From a plasmid, in the sequence record NZ_CP092205.1: DNA of 64,000 nucleotides; one strand, given 5' to 3'. The translations under genes and the position numbers were made by a program. The notes under the pieces were generated by a model. It worked only from the letters and a program-made list of their open reading frames with translations. It had not been told where the DNA came from and made no database searches. Of this stretch, positions 43,664 through 55,019 are shown piece by piece (the stretch's first letter is position 1; each line of letters opens with the position of its first letter).

Positions 43664-44125
43664 ATGTTCAATAGTACAAACTTAGTAAAGAAAAAGGTTC
43701 TCGTACATGGAAAAGGTGGGGATTACATGGCCTACCGAAATACGAAAACCGGAAGCGACGTTTTAACTCCAAGAGAGAAGAAAGTTGAAGTTGCAAAAAA
43801 TCAAAGAAACCGAATTCAACACTCAAGTCTCCACAACGAAAAAGAAAAAGTACTCATTCAAGAAATGACAGAACGTCACAAAGCCTTTGAAACCGAAGCT
43901 CGTGAACAAAGAAAAACATACGGAGCCGGTCCTAAACTCCCGAGACCAGGCATGATTATGAGAGTCTACGCAAAAGGACGGGCAAACGTCGGAGGGATGC
44001 TCGCAAAAGTAAAACAAGTCGCAGAAGACGGAAAGACAGTAATTTGCGAACTGACTTCAGGAAAAACATATTCTCTTCCGATCGATCATCTTGAATTTGC
44101 AAAGTCTCAAATCTTCTCCGATTAA
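43664..44125 (+). CDS. hypothetical protein
   Basis: 153-aa ORF. Confidence 0.35.
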   Translation: MFNSTNLVKKKVLVHGKGGDYMAYRNTKTGSDVLTPREKKVEVAKNQRNRIQHSSLHNEKEKVLIQEMTERHKAFETEAREQRKTYGAGPKLPRPGMIMRVYAKGRANVGGMLAKVKQVAEDGKTVICELTSGKTYSLPIDHLEFAKSQIFSD

Positions 44126-44208
44126 TTCAACTGGCCCTATATTGGAGGAGTGAATTCCAAAACAGTACGTCATTCTAACATTCAAGAAAAATACTATCGA
44201 GAGTTCCG

Positions 44209-45150
44209 ATGAGTTTCGGATACGACGGCGACTTAAATCAACAGTCCGAAGATTACGAATATCACGACCTGTCCGCTCGAATTTATCCCGAAGTACAGGC
44301 GAGTGGCAAACCTCTCCCAAATTGGGGAACTTTAATCCATCCGGATGAACTTCGCCGAATCGTTTTTTTCGGAAACGAACCTCTCCTAACAACACGCGGA
44401 ACTCAATTGGAAGATTTTCAGTTAAAGAATTGGGTCGATCAAACGATTCGCGCTTTTGCAAACGAAATCGATTGGGATATTTATCCCAGGCTTTTTAGAA
44501 GCAGACCTCTTCCCGGACAAAATGGAAGATTCGATTTAGAACCGAATAGCGGCAGTATCGAAGATTATGCAGAATGGGATGATGTTTACGATTATGATTC
44601 CACGAAAGGAACAAACTTCTTTTTAAAATTAAGAAGGAAGAATTTGTGTCGTTTGCACCGTTGGGTTCTTACCTATCCTTGGAACGGATCCACATTGATC
44701 GATCTAACTCACAAAGCAACGATTCAATACAAAACCGGAGTTCTAAGAGCGGTCTATACGCGAGCTCCTTGGGGTAATATGCCCATACCGACTATGGGAA
44801 TTCAAGCATGGCGCGGGATCACCGGTTCAACTGGCACCTTACCGGGAGCGTATCAAGTAGATTACACAACCGGATACGATCATGCGTCCCGAGTTCCGAG
44901 AGAATTAAAAGATCAAATTTTCAAGTACTTTGCAATCTGTCTTTTGTCTTCCTACGGAGAAGGGATCATCGGAGGCGTCGCCAATTACTCAACCTCAGTC
45001 GGTGTTATTAGCGAAAGTATAGGGACGACGATGAGCGCTGAGAACGCATTTTTCGGAGCCCGCATCAAACAACTCAGTAATGAGCTTAAAGATTGGTGGA
45101 AAACAGGAAAACTCAGATATACGGGAATTAGTTTTGGTGCGTTAGGATAG
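44209..45150 (+). CDS. hypothetical protein
   Basis: 313-aa ORF. Confidence 0.4.
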   Translation: MSFGYDGDLNQQSEDYEYHDLSARIYPEVQASGKPLPNWGTLIHPDELRRIVFFGNEPLLTTRGTQLEDFQLKNWVDQTIRAFANEIDWDIYPRLFRSRPLPGQNGRFDLEPNSGSIEDYAEWDDVYDYDSTKGTNFFLKLRRKNLCRLHRWVLTYPWNGSTLIDLTHKATIQYKTGVLRAVYTRAPWGNMPIPTMGIQAWRGITGSTGTLPGAYQVDYTTGYDHASRVPRELKDQIFKYFAICLLSSYGEGIIGGVANYSTSVGVISESIGTTMSAENAFFGARIKQLSNELKDWWKTGKLRYTGISFGALG

Positions 45151-45151
45151 C

Positions 45152-45709
45152 ATGGGAGAAGTGGATCAGTTGTCGGAAGTACAAGACAAAGATATACAAA
45201 ACTATTTAGGACTTTTCGGAACGATCGCTATGATTTTATCTCAAATTCTTAAATGGGGATTTAAAAAATATCGGGAAAAACGAAAAGCGAAAGTATCGGA
45301 ACTTAACGAACCTTATCCGGTCACAAGTCCGTATTTCAGATCGATCAAAGAAGTGACAAGACTCGATATTTTTTTAGATCGAAACGTTGCGACAAAGTCT
45401 TCGGAATCTTTATACCAGGATCTCATTTCCCTTTATACAAAAGCTAAAGAAAACGGAATGGAATCCATCAAAATTGAATTCGCACACTACGGATTTATCA
45501 GTTCCGCCGGTGGTACGGCTTTTCTAAAATTCACGGATTACGTTTCCGAGTTTAACGGAATCAGATTGGTAATAAAGTTCCCGACCGATTCTCCGGATGC
45601 GGTGAAGTTATATTTAGATTTACAACTGCATAGAGCGGGGGCCGATTCCGGACGAATCGAGCTTTACTTAAATGATTATACGGAATACGTGAAAAATCAT
45701 ACTCCTTAA
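45152..45709 (+). CDS. hypothetical protein
   Basis: 185-aa ORF, starts 2 nt after the previous stop. Confidence 0.4.
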   Translation: MGEVDQLSEVQDKDIQNYLGLFGTIAMILSQILKWGFKKYREKRKAKVSELNEPYPVTSPYFRSIKEVTRLDIFLDRNVATKSSESLYQDLISLYTKAKENGMESIKIEFAHYGFISSAGGTAFLKFTDYVSEFNGIRLVIKFPTDSPDAVKLYLDLQLHRAGADSGRIELYLNDYTEYVKNHTP

Positions 45710-45747
45710 ACTTCTTCCGATATTCTATTTTCGTTCATCTTTGAAAG

Positions 45748-46428
45748 ATGGAATACAATCATTTCATTCCCGCTTTAATAGAAGAAACCAAATCTCGCTA
45801 CGAAACTACTCAAGAACGAAAGAACTGGCCTAAATTAAATTTTGAAAAGAATCACGTTCTGATCGGAGTCAGGGGAATTTCGATCGAAGACAATCAAGTC
45901 TTTCTAAACGACAATCAATTCGATCGATTTAACGACATACTTTTTAACATTTATCCGGGCGGGAAGTCGTGGGGGAGTCGAGTCGTCACGATGGACCCGG
46001 GAAAAGTTTCAAAAGAAATTCTTTTAAAATATGGAATCACCAAAGGAGAAGCAAGAGCAGAAGAGGGCTTATATCTCGTAAAGATCGGCCTTCATCACGA
46101 ACACATTGCTTTCAATCAAGCGTCTGCATTTTCTTTTCGTCGGGATGCAAACGGAGATCATATTTGGAATCATTTGGATCCTTTATTCAAAGGGTACATT
46201 GGAATGAATATTCACGCTCAAGGTATGGAAAAAGATTCTGTAGGCGTGAGTTCCCTTGGATGCACTGTTACCCGCGCTCATTGGAGTCATCCGGAATGGC
46301 TATCTCTTATTTCCGTCTTTCAAGGAGCAGAGCTTGAAGCTCGCCAAAAGGACCCGCACTTTCCAGGCTTCTGTTACGCATTGTACGATCAAAAATCTGC
46401 TAAGAAAATCTTAGAGGCAAAGGAATGA
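45748..46428 (+). CDS. putative cell-wall hydrolase (YkuD-like L,D-peptidase fold), endolysin candidate
   Basis: NIHAQG…VGVSSLGCTVTR resembles the L,D-transpeptidase HG(T)…SHGC(I/V)R catalytic motif. Sits immediately upstream of the holin-like gene. Confidence 0.35.
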   Translation: MEYNHFIPALIEETKSRYETTQERKNWPKLNFEKNHVLIGVRGISIEDNQVFLNDNQFDRFNDILFNIYPGGKSWGSRVVTMDPGKVSKEILLKYGITKGEARAEEGLYLVKIGLHHEHIAFNQASAFSFRRDANGDHIWNHLDPLFKGYIGMNIHAQGMEKDSVGVSSLGCTVTRAHWSHPEWLSLISVFQGAELEARQKDPHFPGFCYALYDQKSAKKILEAKE

Positions 46429-46470
46429 GCGATCATTTCCGATATTTGGGATCATGTTAAAAATTATGGC

Positions 46471-46809
46471 ATGACCCCGCCATTAAAAGCCAAAGACGTT
46501 TTGGGCATTCAACCGGATTCGAAGGAAGCCCGTGAATTAGAATCCAAACTAAAATACTCGATCATAGTCAACAAAAGTGTTTTCAGGAGAAGTAACCAAG
46601 CCTTCTGGCTCGGTTTATTTTTCGTCCTTGTCGGTCTGTATATACTTTATACCTCACCCGATCAAAAAATATCCGAGGGTTTTGGTGGAGTCAGTGTTCA
46701 CGGACTCTTTCTTACTTCCGGAATCGTTCTGATGTCCTGGTTTAAGACGGGCGAAATTTTGAAAGCCGTCGGTGAGTTTATCTCAAAAGCGAGGGGAGGT
46801 AATCCATGA
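46471..46809 (+). CDS. holin-like small membrane protein
   Basis: 112 aa, two TM helices, charged C-terminus. Confidence 0.4.
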   Translation: MTPPLKAKDVLGIQPDSKEARELESKLKYSIIVNKSVFRRSNQAFWLGLFFVLVGLYILYTSPDQKISEGFGGVSVHGLFLTSGIVLMSWFKTGEILKAVGEFISKARGGNP

Positions 46810-47243
46810 AACTCGCTTTTATTTTTGCTCTTTGTTTCCTACTTTTTACCTTCTGTTCTTCGCCTCCACAAGAACCGGTTTTCGATTACAAATCTGAAAC
46901 TCAAAATTTAAAAGAGAGTCAGTTTAAAAGGAAAAAGATTTCGGATCCTGGAGAAATGGAACAGATCTGCAACGACAACGAAGCCGGTCGAGCGAGAGCT
47001 CTTACAGCGTATTTAAAGATGAAAGAAGTTTCCGACTACTGGAAGAAAGTTGCTGAGGATCGGAAATCTGACGCGGAATTTGGGCGATCGATCAAGAATT
47101 GGATCACCGTGTTTTTGATTGGAGGAGCGGTCTCTTTGTTCGCTGGAATATTTTTATATGTGTCCGGAATCGGCTCCAAAGCAATCGGAGGTATTTCTAA
47201 AATACTTTCCTATTTGCCTTCCAAAGCAAATCCTACAAAATAA
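46806..47243 (+). CDS. u-spanin-like protein (lipoprotein signal + C-terminal TM)
   Basis: N-terminal signal peptide with Cys (FALC/FTFC) and C-terminal TM ITVFLIGGAVSLFAGIFLYV. Start overlaps the holin stop. Confidence 0.35.
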   Translation: MKLAFIFALCFLLFTFCSSPPQEPVFDYKSETQNLKESQFKRKKISDPGEMEQICNDNEAGRARALTAYLKMKEVSDYWKKVAEDRKSDAEFGRSIKNWITVFLIGGAVSLFAGIFLYVSGIGSKAIGGISKILSYLPSKANPTK

Positions 47244-47273
47244 TTTTTCCTTTCCAATACTATTTACTTTTTT

Positions 47274-47299
47274 AGACCCTGAAAAAAGGGTCTTTTTTT
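47274..47299 (+). terminator. rho-independent terminator
   Basis: AGACCC-tgaaaaaa-GGGTCT hairpin followed by TTTTTT. Confidence 0.55.
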
Positions 47300-47372
47300 A
47301 TTGATCGTAAATATAATTATTCTAATATTGCTATTTCATGCTGGAGCAATTTTATTGCTCAAGAGATATTAT

Positions 47373-48401
47373 ATGACAATTTTTAAAGCAATAAAATTTT
47401 CCCAGAATGGTATCGATTTATTTTCATTTATAGCCACTTCAAAATTCATTTATGAAAATTTTGAAGTTTCAAAAAGAGTTAAAGACAAAGAACAGGGATA
47501 TCAGAGATCTTTTTCAAGCACTCGCATTAAAGAGCTATCAAAACATATAACCAAAGATGCAAATATTATCCCGAATTCAATTTTGGTAAATATTGACTCT
47601 GGATTCTTAAATTATAACGAAAATAAAAATGAATTAGAACTTCCTGATTCAACTTCTCTAGGATTAATTATTGATGGCCAACATCGGGTAAAAGGAGCAT
47701 TTGAAGGTAATCAAGATTTTCTATTACCTGTGATTGCTACGGTAGGCCTAAGTACAAAAGAACAAGCCAAGCTTTTCGTCACAATAAATAAAACTCAAAA
47801 AGGAGTCCCTGTTTCATTATATTTAGACCTACTTAACCTAACTGAGGGTGAAATAGAGAACTTCGATGACGAGTCAGTCCCTACCGAAAGAAGAGCTGCT
47901 GAAATTGCTAGGCGATTAAACGAAGACGAGGAAAGTCCATTGGTAGACCTAATTCGTATGACAGGTGAACCGGGGAGAGGGATTGCTTTGAATGAATTTG
48001 TAAATAGGTCAAAATATTTACTCGATTCAAGAAAGGGAAAGTTAATTGATTTTGGATTTGAACAACAATATTTAATTTTCAAAGTTTATTTTCGAGCTTG
48101 GAAAGCTGTATTCATCGATCAGTGGAAAGATGAAAGCTCGCAAATTCTTAAACAAACTTCTTTTAGTGGCTTATTATTAGCCCTATATGATATATTTCAA
48201 CTAACGATGCAATACTATAAATTATTCAACACGGATAATTTAATAAAACTTTTGAACAATATCGCTGATTTTAAATTTTCATCCGACAACATTATTTCAG
48301 GTGGTATAAAAGCCCAAGAAAATGTAGCGACTACATTAATAAACAAATTAAAGAGCCAACTTCGCGAGACAAATAATAATATCAACCTAATCGAGGAATA
48401 A
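47373..48401 (+). CDS. DGQHR-domain (DndB/DpdB-like, ParB superfamily) protein
   Basis: LGLIIDGQHRVKGA and downstream LFVTINKTQKGV motifs. ORF-track start 47301 (TTG) abuts the terminator, so ATG 47373 is the likely start. Confidence 0.6.
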   Translation: MTIFKAIKFSQNGIDLFSFIATSKFIYENFEVSKRVKDKEQGYQRSFSSTRIKELSKHITKDANIIPNSILVNIDSGFLNYNENKNELELPDSTSLGLIIDGQHRVKGAFEGNQDFLLPVIATVGLSTKEQAKLFVTINKTQKGVPVSLYLDLLNLTEGEIENFDDESVPTERRAAEIARRLNEDEESPLVDLIRMTGEPGRGIALNEFVNRSKYLLDSRKGKLIDFGFEQQYLIFKVYFRAWKAVFIDQWKDESSQILKQTSFSGLLLALYDIFQLTMQYYKLFNTDNLIKLLNNIADFKFSSDNIISGGIKAQENVATTLINKLKSQLRETNNNINLIEE

Positions 48402-48402
48402 A

Positions 48403-49302
48403 ATGCAACTCTGGGAAATTGCATTAGCGTTCAATAAATGTACAGGCGACGAAATTAAGTCCTTCAAAAATTATTTTCATGATTTATATTTATCAAATAG
48501 CGAATTAGACAATGGGGTAGTAGTAAAAGGATCATATAATTTTATACTATCCGATGTCGAAAAATTAATCACGAAAATTATTTCTAATTTAATATCCTCC
48601 TTTCTTCTAAATAAAGAAGGCATGATAAGTTGGGGATATGTAACAGCCTATTACGCCAACTATTTTTCGTTCCAAGCTCTCAACAGGCTTCATCTAAATT
48701 TTATTTCATATTCTGAGTCTCTATATTCTTGCACATTCATAAATTATATTAATAATGAACTTTTGGTCAAAAAGTCTGATACAAGCAAAACACATATTAG
48801 AGAATATCAACTCTACGCCGAAAAAAGAAACAAAATGTCATTGGAATCGAGTCCTGATCGACTTTGGAGTATTGCCAATTCAAGATTTACTTTCGGAGAC
48901 GAAGTTAACCTAAGAAATGAAATAAATTACTCAATTTCACAAGATAATTTTTCTGAATTTTTAATGACGAAAACCGAATTTGACCAATTAAAATCTCATT
49001 ATAAGAATTCTCCATTCATAAAACCATTAGATCTTGATAAAGAATTTAGATACTCATACGAATCCATGAAATATGGACTTAGCAGGTTACGTGTAATTAT
49101 GTACATCCTAAATAAAATTGCGAATGAAAGCAATCTCTACTCAAGTTATTATATTCGAAGAAACAATCATAGACTAAGAAGCATTGAAGAAAACTTCAAG
49201 AACGAACTCCCAATGTGGATGGTTCAATACTTTAATGAAATTTTAATTTTTCTCGAAATGGATAAAGAGGAAAAGATCCTTCCCTCCGAAGTTAAAAACT
49301 GA
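48403..49302 (+). CDS. hypothetical protein, translationally coupled partner of the DGQHR protein
   Basis: ATG 1 nt after the DGQHR stop; 299 aa, no recognised motif. Confidence 0.4.
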   Translation: MQLWEIALAFNKCTGDEIKSFKNYFHDLYLSNSELDNGVVVKGSYNFILSDVEKLITKIISNLISSFLLNKEGMISWGYVTAYYANYFSFQALNRLHLNFISYSESLYSCTFINYINNELLVKKSDTSKTHIREYQLYAEKRNKMSLESSPDRLWSIANSRFTFGDEVNLRNEINYSISQDNFSEFLMTKTEFDQLKSHYKNSPFIKPLDLDKEFRYSYESMKYGLSRLRVIMYILNKIANESNLYSSYYIRRNNHRLRSIEENFKNELPMWMVQYFNEILIFLEMDKEEKILPSEVKN

Positions 49303-49579
49303 TTCACTTTTCGATTTTCAAATACAAGTTTCTTTTTTAAAGTTGTTTGTCACAGACTCAATCGGCAGGGCGAAGTTATGGCTATTTGTCCTTGAGAATT
49401 TTCTATTTAGCTCAAACTGCCGCCACTTGCAGATAGCGAAATAGGCTTCTCGACGTTTGCGATCCTGAAGCGCTTCCGCGCGAAGTGACAAAGCAAATGT
49501 GCCAAAGGGCCAAGCGAGAGTCGCGGAACGATCTCGAAGCGCCGCGAGAAGCCGCGGTTAGGCGATGGAAGCGCATTTA

Positions 49580-50437
49580 TTAAGAAAGTTCCATGATAAA
49601 CTTATAAATAGCACCCTCTTCTTCCAAAGCTCTAACTTTCTTAGCTAATAATTCTTCAAATCGCATTTCTCTATCAATCATAATAAACAATTCCTCTACA
49701 GTCAGTAATATAAATCTAGATTGATTATTATTATATTTTTGGAAAATATATTCACTAAATCCTGAAAAACTGATAAATAAACCTCTAGTAAAATGTGACT
49801 TGGAAGTAATTTTATCTGTGAATATTCTTAAATCATCAACTCCTATTAAATCTCTTTTCCATTTTGCTTCTAAAAGATAAGTATCTTTATTAAAAATAAA
49901 GCTGCCATCAATTTGTTCACCCGTAATTTTATATGGAGTTCTTGGACTTAAATTGAAAGAAGCAAATAAATAGTTTAGGTATCTTTCGAATTCATATCCG
50001 CGTTCATTAGGTTTTTCAATTAGAGTAACTTGGTATAATTTCTTTTTTAAATCTGGAAAATTAACTTTAGCTTCTGGTTTTATTTTTTCTTCATTTGTAT
50101 TTTTTTGTTTAAGATCATTTTTACCTAATAAGCGTCTTGCAATCCCTGCGCAGAAATTGAAATCATCTATCTCATTCGTATGAATTCCTAAAATTTCTTT
50201 TTGATATTTGAGAAGTTCATTTATTAACTTACCTGCAAATATATCTTCTTGCTCTCTCAGAAGTGATCGCAAAATATTAGCTTTAGAAAGATCAGGGTAT
50301 AGTTTATATATGTCAATTTTTAAACAATCCAGTATAAACTCTTGAAAAGTCCTGTTCGTAAAATTTAATACATAACCCGAACTCATCCCGAATAAAATCT
50401 CTATCTTTTGCTTTTCAATAAAACTTAAGGATGCCAT
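49580..50437 (-). CDS. Mrr-like PD-(D/E)xK restriction endonuclease-domain protein
   Basis: C-terminal GYEFERYLNYLF…GEQIDGSFIFNKDTYLLEAKWKRDLIGVDDLRIF fits the Mrr_cat E…D…EAK motif. N-terminal ~150 aa unknown. Confidence 0.5.
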   Translation of the reverse strand: MASLSFIEKQKIEILFGMSSGYVLNFTNRTFQEFILDCLKIDIYKLYPDLSKANILRSLLREQEDIFAGKLINELLKYQKEILGIHTNEIDDFNFCAGIARRLLGKNDLKQKNTNEEKIKPEAKVNFPDLKKKLYQVTLIEKPNERGYEFERYLNYLFASFNLSPRTPYKITGEQIDGSFIFNKDTYLLEAKWKRDLIGVDDLRIFTDKITSKSHFTRGLFISFSGFSEYIFQKYNNNQSRFILLTVEELFIMIDREMRFEELLAKKVRALEEEGAIYKFIMELS

Positions 50438-50838
50438 TTTTAGACTTAAAATTTTAAGAATAATTTTGATGAGTTAAGTTTGTTATAAGATTGCTTATTC
50501 AAGAATTCCATTTAATTTTGTGCTTCTGTCGCCTAACTATTAATCTACGCACGTCTTATAAACACCTAAAAATAACTGAATATACGAATATCTTAAAACC
50601 CCGGAATCTATCAATCCCAAAAGTTTAGAAAATAGAGTTGTAACGCAGTTCAACGAGACGGATGGATGATTCTCAAAAACTATTTGGAGTTGATTCTTAT
50701 GTGATGCAACAGGCCACTTCCGATAATGTAGATTTGGTCTCATTAGTGAACATTTGTTCATAAACGTACCCATTCATCCTTTACACATCGTACTCAATAC
50801 AAGCTTTACAAAAAGAAACGTATATATGTAACTCACGT

Positions 50839-52062
<1,224 letters not shown>

Positions 52063-52662
52063 AAGATTTGTAAAGGATGTAATGAGTTAGTTTTGTAAGC
52101 GATGAAATGAGTACTTACCTTCATAAACGTACCCATTCATCCTTTAGCGCATCGGTAACACTCTATACCGGAAACATGAGTTACACTTTATTCGTTGTAG
52201 TTGTACACAGGTGTTTCGTATTTCAATACTTTTCCTGTAAATAAATCTTACACAAACGCAATCGAATCTATGAATATGGGCCTGAGGAAAATTATCAAGA
52301 ATCGAGATTCGTTGCCCAACGATAAAGCCGCAGTCAAATTTTTATTTGGCTTTGAATAATATGTCCAAAAAATGGGCTATGCCCATTCAAGATTGGGATG
52401 ACGAGCGATCCTTAGAGCGAGTCGCTGAGTTCAAGCGATGAATCAGTTTTCGATTCTTTTCGGAGAGTTACTGAGATTAGATTCGTTTTAAAGTATGTCA
52501 TTTATACAATATTGCTGACACTTCAAAGATTGCGGGAACTCCTCTCACAATCTTTGAAAAAATCCGTCGCTATTTGCACTTATTTTTGTAATGAGCAAAT
52601 TAAACGAAAGAACTTCGTCTACAAAGAATACGGGCAATACCTGCCACTCTAATTACACGCGT

Positions 52663-52872
52663 CTATTTTTTACTTAGAATGTCTGAGTCTCGAAGATCTT
52701 GCTCCGTGAGGCCTGTGATTTCCAGGATAGTCTTTAGATCGATCCCTTTTTGAAGCATTTTACCGGCTGTTTCTAGTTTCCCTTTTTCAATACCCTTCTC
52801 GATACCCTGGCGCATCCCTTCAGAAATGAGCCTTTCCGCGGTTGTCATCGTCAATTCCTCATATTGTTCCAA
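52663..52872 (-). CDS. stand-alone duplicate of the Rpn C-terminal tail (RpnS-like small protein candidate)
   Basis: 69 aa ~85% identical to the last ~70 aa of the upstream Rpn ORF ([18 protein letters not shown]…[12 protein letters not shown]…[16 protein letters not shown]…). Confidence 0.45.
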   Translation of the reverse strand: MEQYEELTMTTAERLISEGMRQGIEKGIEKGKLETAGKMLQKGIDLKTILEITGLTEQDLRDSDILSKK

Positions 52873-52884
52873 TTTAGATCTGCT

Positions 52885-53847
52885 TTAGAGAAATCCATTT
52901 TCCTTGAGGGTCTTTTCGGTAAGGCCTGTGATTTCCAGGATAGTCTTTAGATCGATCCCTTTCTTTAGCATCTTACCGGCATCTTCCAGTTTCCCTTTTT
53001 CAATACCTTTTTCAATGCCCTTCTCGATACCTTGCTCGATACCCTTCTCGATACCTTGTTGTATCCCTTCCGAAATGAGTCTTTCCGCGGTTGTCATCGT
53101 CAATTCCTCATATTGTTCCAATTTAGATCGTTGAAGGACTCCCTTCAATTCCGATGGCTTCAAATCTCGAACCCAGTAAATATACAATAACAGTTTCCGT
53201 AAGATTGCAACCCTTTTCGATTCTTCCTCGACTCCAAGTAATAGGGAAAATAACCCCGGTAAGTGAGAAATGAGTTCCAAATCCCCTTCCCGGATTTTTT
53301 GAACCACTCCCAGAGTCACTTGAAACGTGATACTTTCCAACTTCTCCTTCAATTCTATTCCTTTCAAATCGAACAAGTCGATCCTAAAATCCGGAATAAA
53401 GTCCTTGAGAATTTCCGTTTCTTGTTTCGTTAGAATGAATTGTTCCAAAAATCGATCTCCCAATTTCCATTCCTTTTCTCCGTGATAGAATACGAACGGA
53501 ATGACTACGGAAAGAGGCTCTCCATTCCTTTGTTGGTTTCGATAGATTTCTGTGAGATATCCGAGTAGTTGGATGTAGATGCTATTTTCTAAATAACTTT
53601 TGTGTTCGAAGAGTAAATACACGTTGGTCCGATTTCCGGACCTGAGCGGGATTTGGAACAGTAGATCGGTTTGTTCTTGTTTTAATTCTTCGCTTACAAA
53701 ACTCGATTCGGACAATTCTAAGTTTTCCAAGTCAAGTAGTTCTACCACTTCCCGCGGGAGTGTGTTTTTGAAGAAAGTGGCTGCCTCTTTTTTGTCTTGA
53801 AATGTTTCTCGGATCAATCGATCGTGCGGATTGTTCACTTCGGTCAT
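52885..53847 (-). CDS. Rpn-family (YhgA-like) recombination-promoting nuclease / putative transposase
   Basis: N-terminal [26 protein letters not shown]… and …[10 protein letters not shown]… motifs, GIEKGIE repeat tail; 320 aa. Confidence 0.65.
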   Translation of the reverse strand: MTEVNNPHDRLIRETFQDKKEAATFFKNTLPREVVELLDLENLELSESSFVSEELKQEQTDLLFQIPLRSGNRTNVYLLFEHKSYLENSIYIQLLGYLTEIYRNQQRNGEPLSVVIPFVFYHGEKEWKLGDRFLEQFILTKQETEILKDFIPDFRIDLFDLKGIELKEKLESITFQVTLGVVQKIREGDLELISHLPGLFSLLLGVEEESKRVAILRKLLLYIYWVRDLKPSELKGVLQRSKLEQYEELTMTTAERLISEGIQQGIEKGIEQGIEKGIEKGIEKGKLEDAGKMLKKGIDLKTILEITGLTEKTLKENGFL

Positions 53848-54095
53848 CCGATATCTTTGGGATATCGTTTGGGCAGGTCAATTGCATTTAGGAATGTGCT
53901 TCTTCTCGGATTTGGCTTTTTTTCCGGGACAACGAAATAATTTTCTCCCAAAGTTTTTTCGGAATTTCTGAATCATATTTGTTCATTTTATAAATATATT
54001 TTTACTCTTCAATAGTAGAAGCAGTTTTGAGATCGGCTTTAAAAATCACCAAAAAATAAAAGTAACAACTCTAGTGTTAAAATTCAAGATCCATT

Positions 54096-54986
54096 CTATC
54101 GGATACGTCGACTAAAAATACTAGCGACGATTTCCGCCCTTTTAGCTTTATCAATGGATGGATGTCTTATCGTAAAATCATAATGTGCATCCACAATGTT
54201 AAGCGTGACATTAGCTTTGGATGCGATAAGTTTCAACTGGTACCCGTGATTATCTATGATTCGATACAAACCTAAGACGCCGAAAGAAAAAATTCGGCTT
54301 AAAAAAGGCAAAGGCGAACCTTCCATAACCAATTCTCGAATTTCGAAAGCGTCGTAATGCAAAATCGCGACTGACCACAGAATTGCAAAAATCAATAAAC
54401 CGAAAGCAGAATAGGAACCTAAAAAAATAGATCGTAACGGTAAAACGTAGTTGAATACAAGAATGGTTAATAATGCGATCAAGATTCCTGAAAGCATCAA
54501 AAAAGAACGAATCCTTTTATCCCCTCGCTTTTTAATCATAGCATTACCTAATTCCAGGGAACTTTTAATAACAGATAAAAAACCAAACATCATAAGCAAG
54601 TGGTAACTAAATAAAGGCGAGAACGAATAGTCTGACATATTATCGATCTTTGCATAACCACCGAAAAGAGAAATAAACGAGAAGGTAGGCAAAAGAATAT
54701 ATATTAAAATTGTTCTATAAAGATTTAGCTTAAATTTTTTACCGATGATTAAGCATACGACCAAGTCAAGGAAAAGTGAAATGAATGGAATCGGAAATAA
54801 AATCCAATTCGCAAATATTTCTCGAATTGCAATCGGCACTTGCATTCGCATACCGAAGCCGATCATCCAGCCGGAAAGCATTAAACATAAGCCGAGGAAA
54901 TATTTCTGAACTCTTGCACGCGGTGGTATGCGGAAAACATAAATTCCAAGGTATAGAATAAAGAATCCGGCTACATAAGTTATCAT
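54096..54986 (-). CDS. polytopic membrane protein, unknown function
   Basis: 296 aa with ~8 hydrophobic helices. Confidence 0.4.
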   Translation of the reverse strand: MITYVAGFFILYLGIYVFRIPPRARVQKYFLGLCLMLSGWMIGFGMRMQVPIAIREIFANWILFPIPFISLFLDLVVCLIIGKKFKLNLYRTILIYILLPTFSFISLFGGYAKIDNMSDYSFSPLFSYHLLMMFGFLSVIKSSLELGNAMIKKRGDKRIRSFLMLSGILIALLTILVFNYVLPLRSIFLGSYSAFGLLIFAILWSVAILHYDAFEIRELVMEGSPLPFLSRIFSFGVLGLYRIIDNHGYQLKLIASKANVTLNIVDAHYDFTIRHPSIDKAKRAEIVASIFSRRIR

Positions 54987-55019
54987 TCAAAAATCCTAAA
55001 GGGCATACTTGCCACGCCA

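Noticed and set aside
47301-47372. TTG start at 47301 for the DGQHR gene (hydrophobic 24-aa N-extension)
   Set aside because: It begins inside the T-run of the upstream terminator; the ATG at 47373 with an upstream AT-rich promoter-like region is more plausible.
49406-49579. 57-aa Arg/Ser-rich minus-strand ORF in the GC-rich island
   Set aside because: Composition-driven (GC-rich DNA gives Arg/Ala/Ser); no start context and it overlaps palindromes.
52885-53140. Short nucleotide repeats (GGNATCGAGAAGGG-type) that could look like a CRISPR array
   Set aside because: They are coding repeats for GIEKGIE in the Rpn tail, on a continuous ORF, with no spacer-like unique segments or cas genes.
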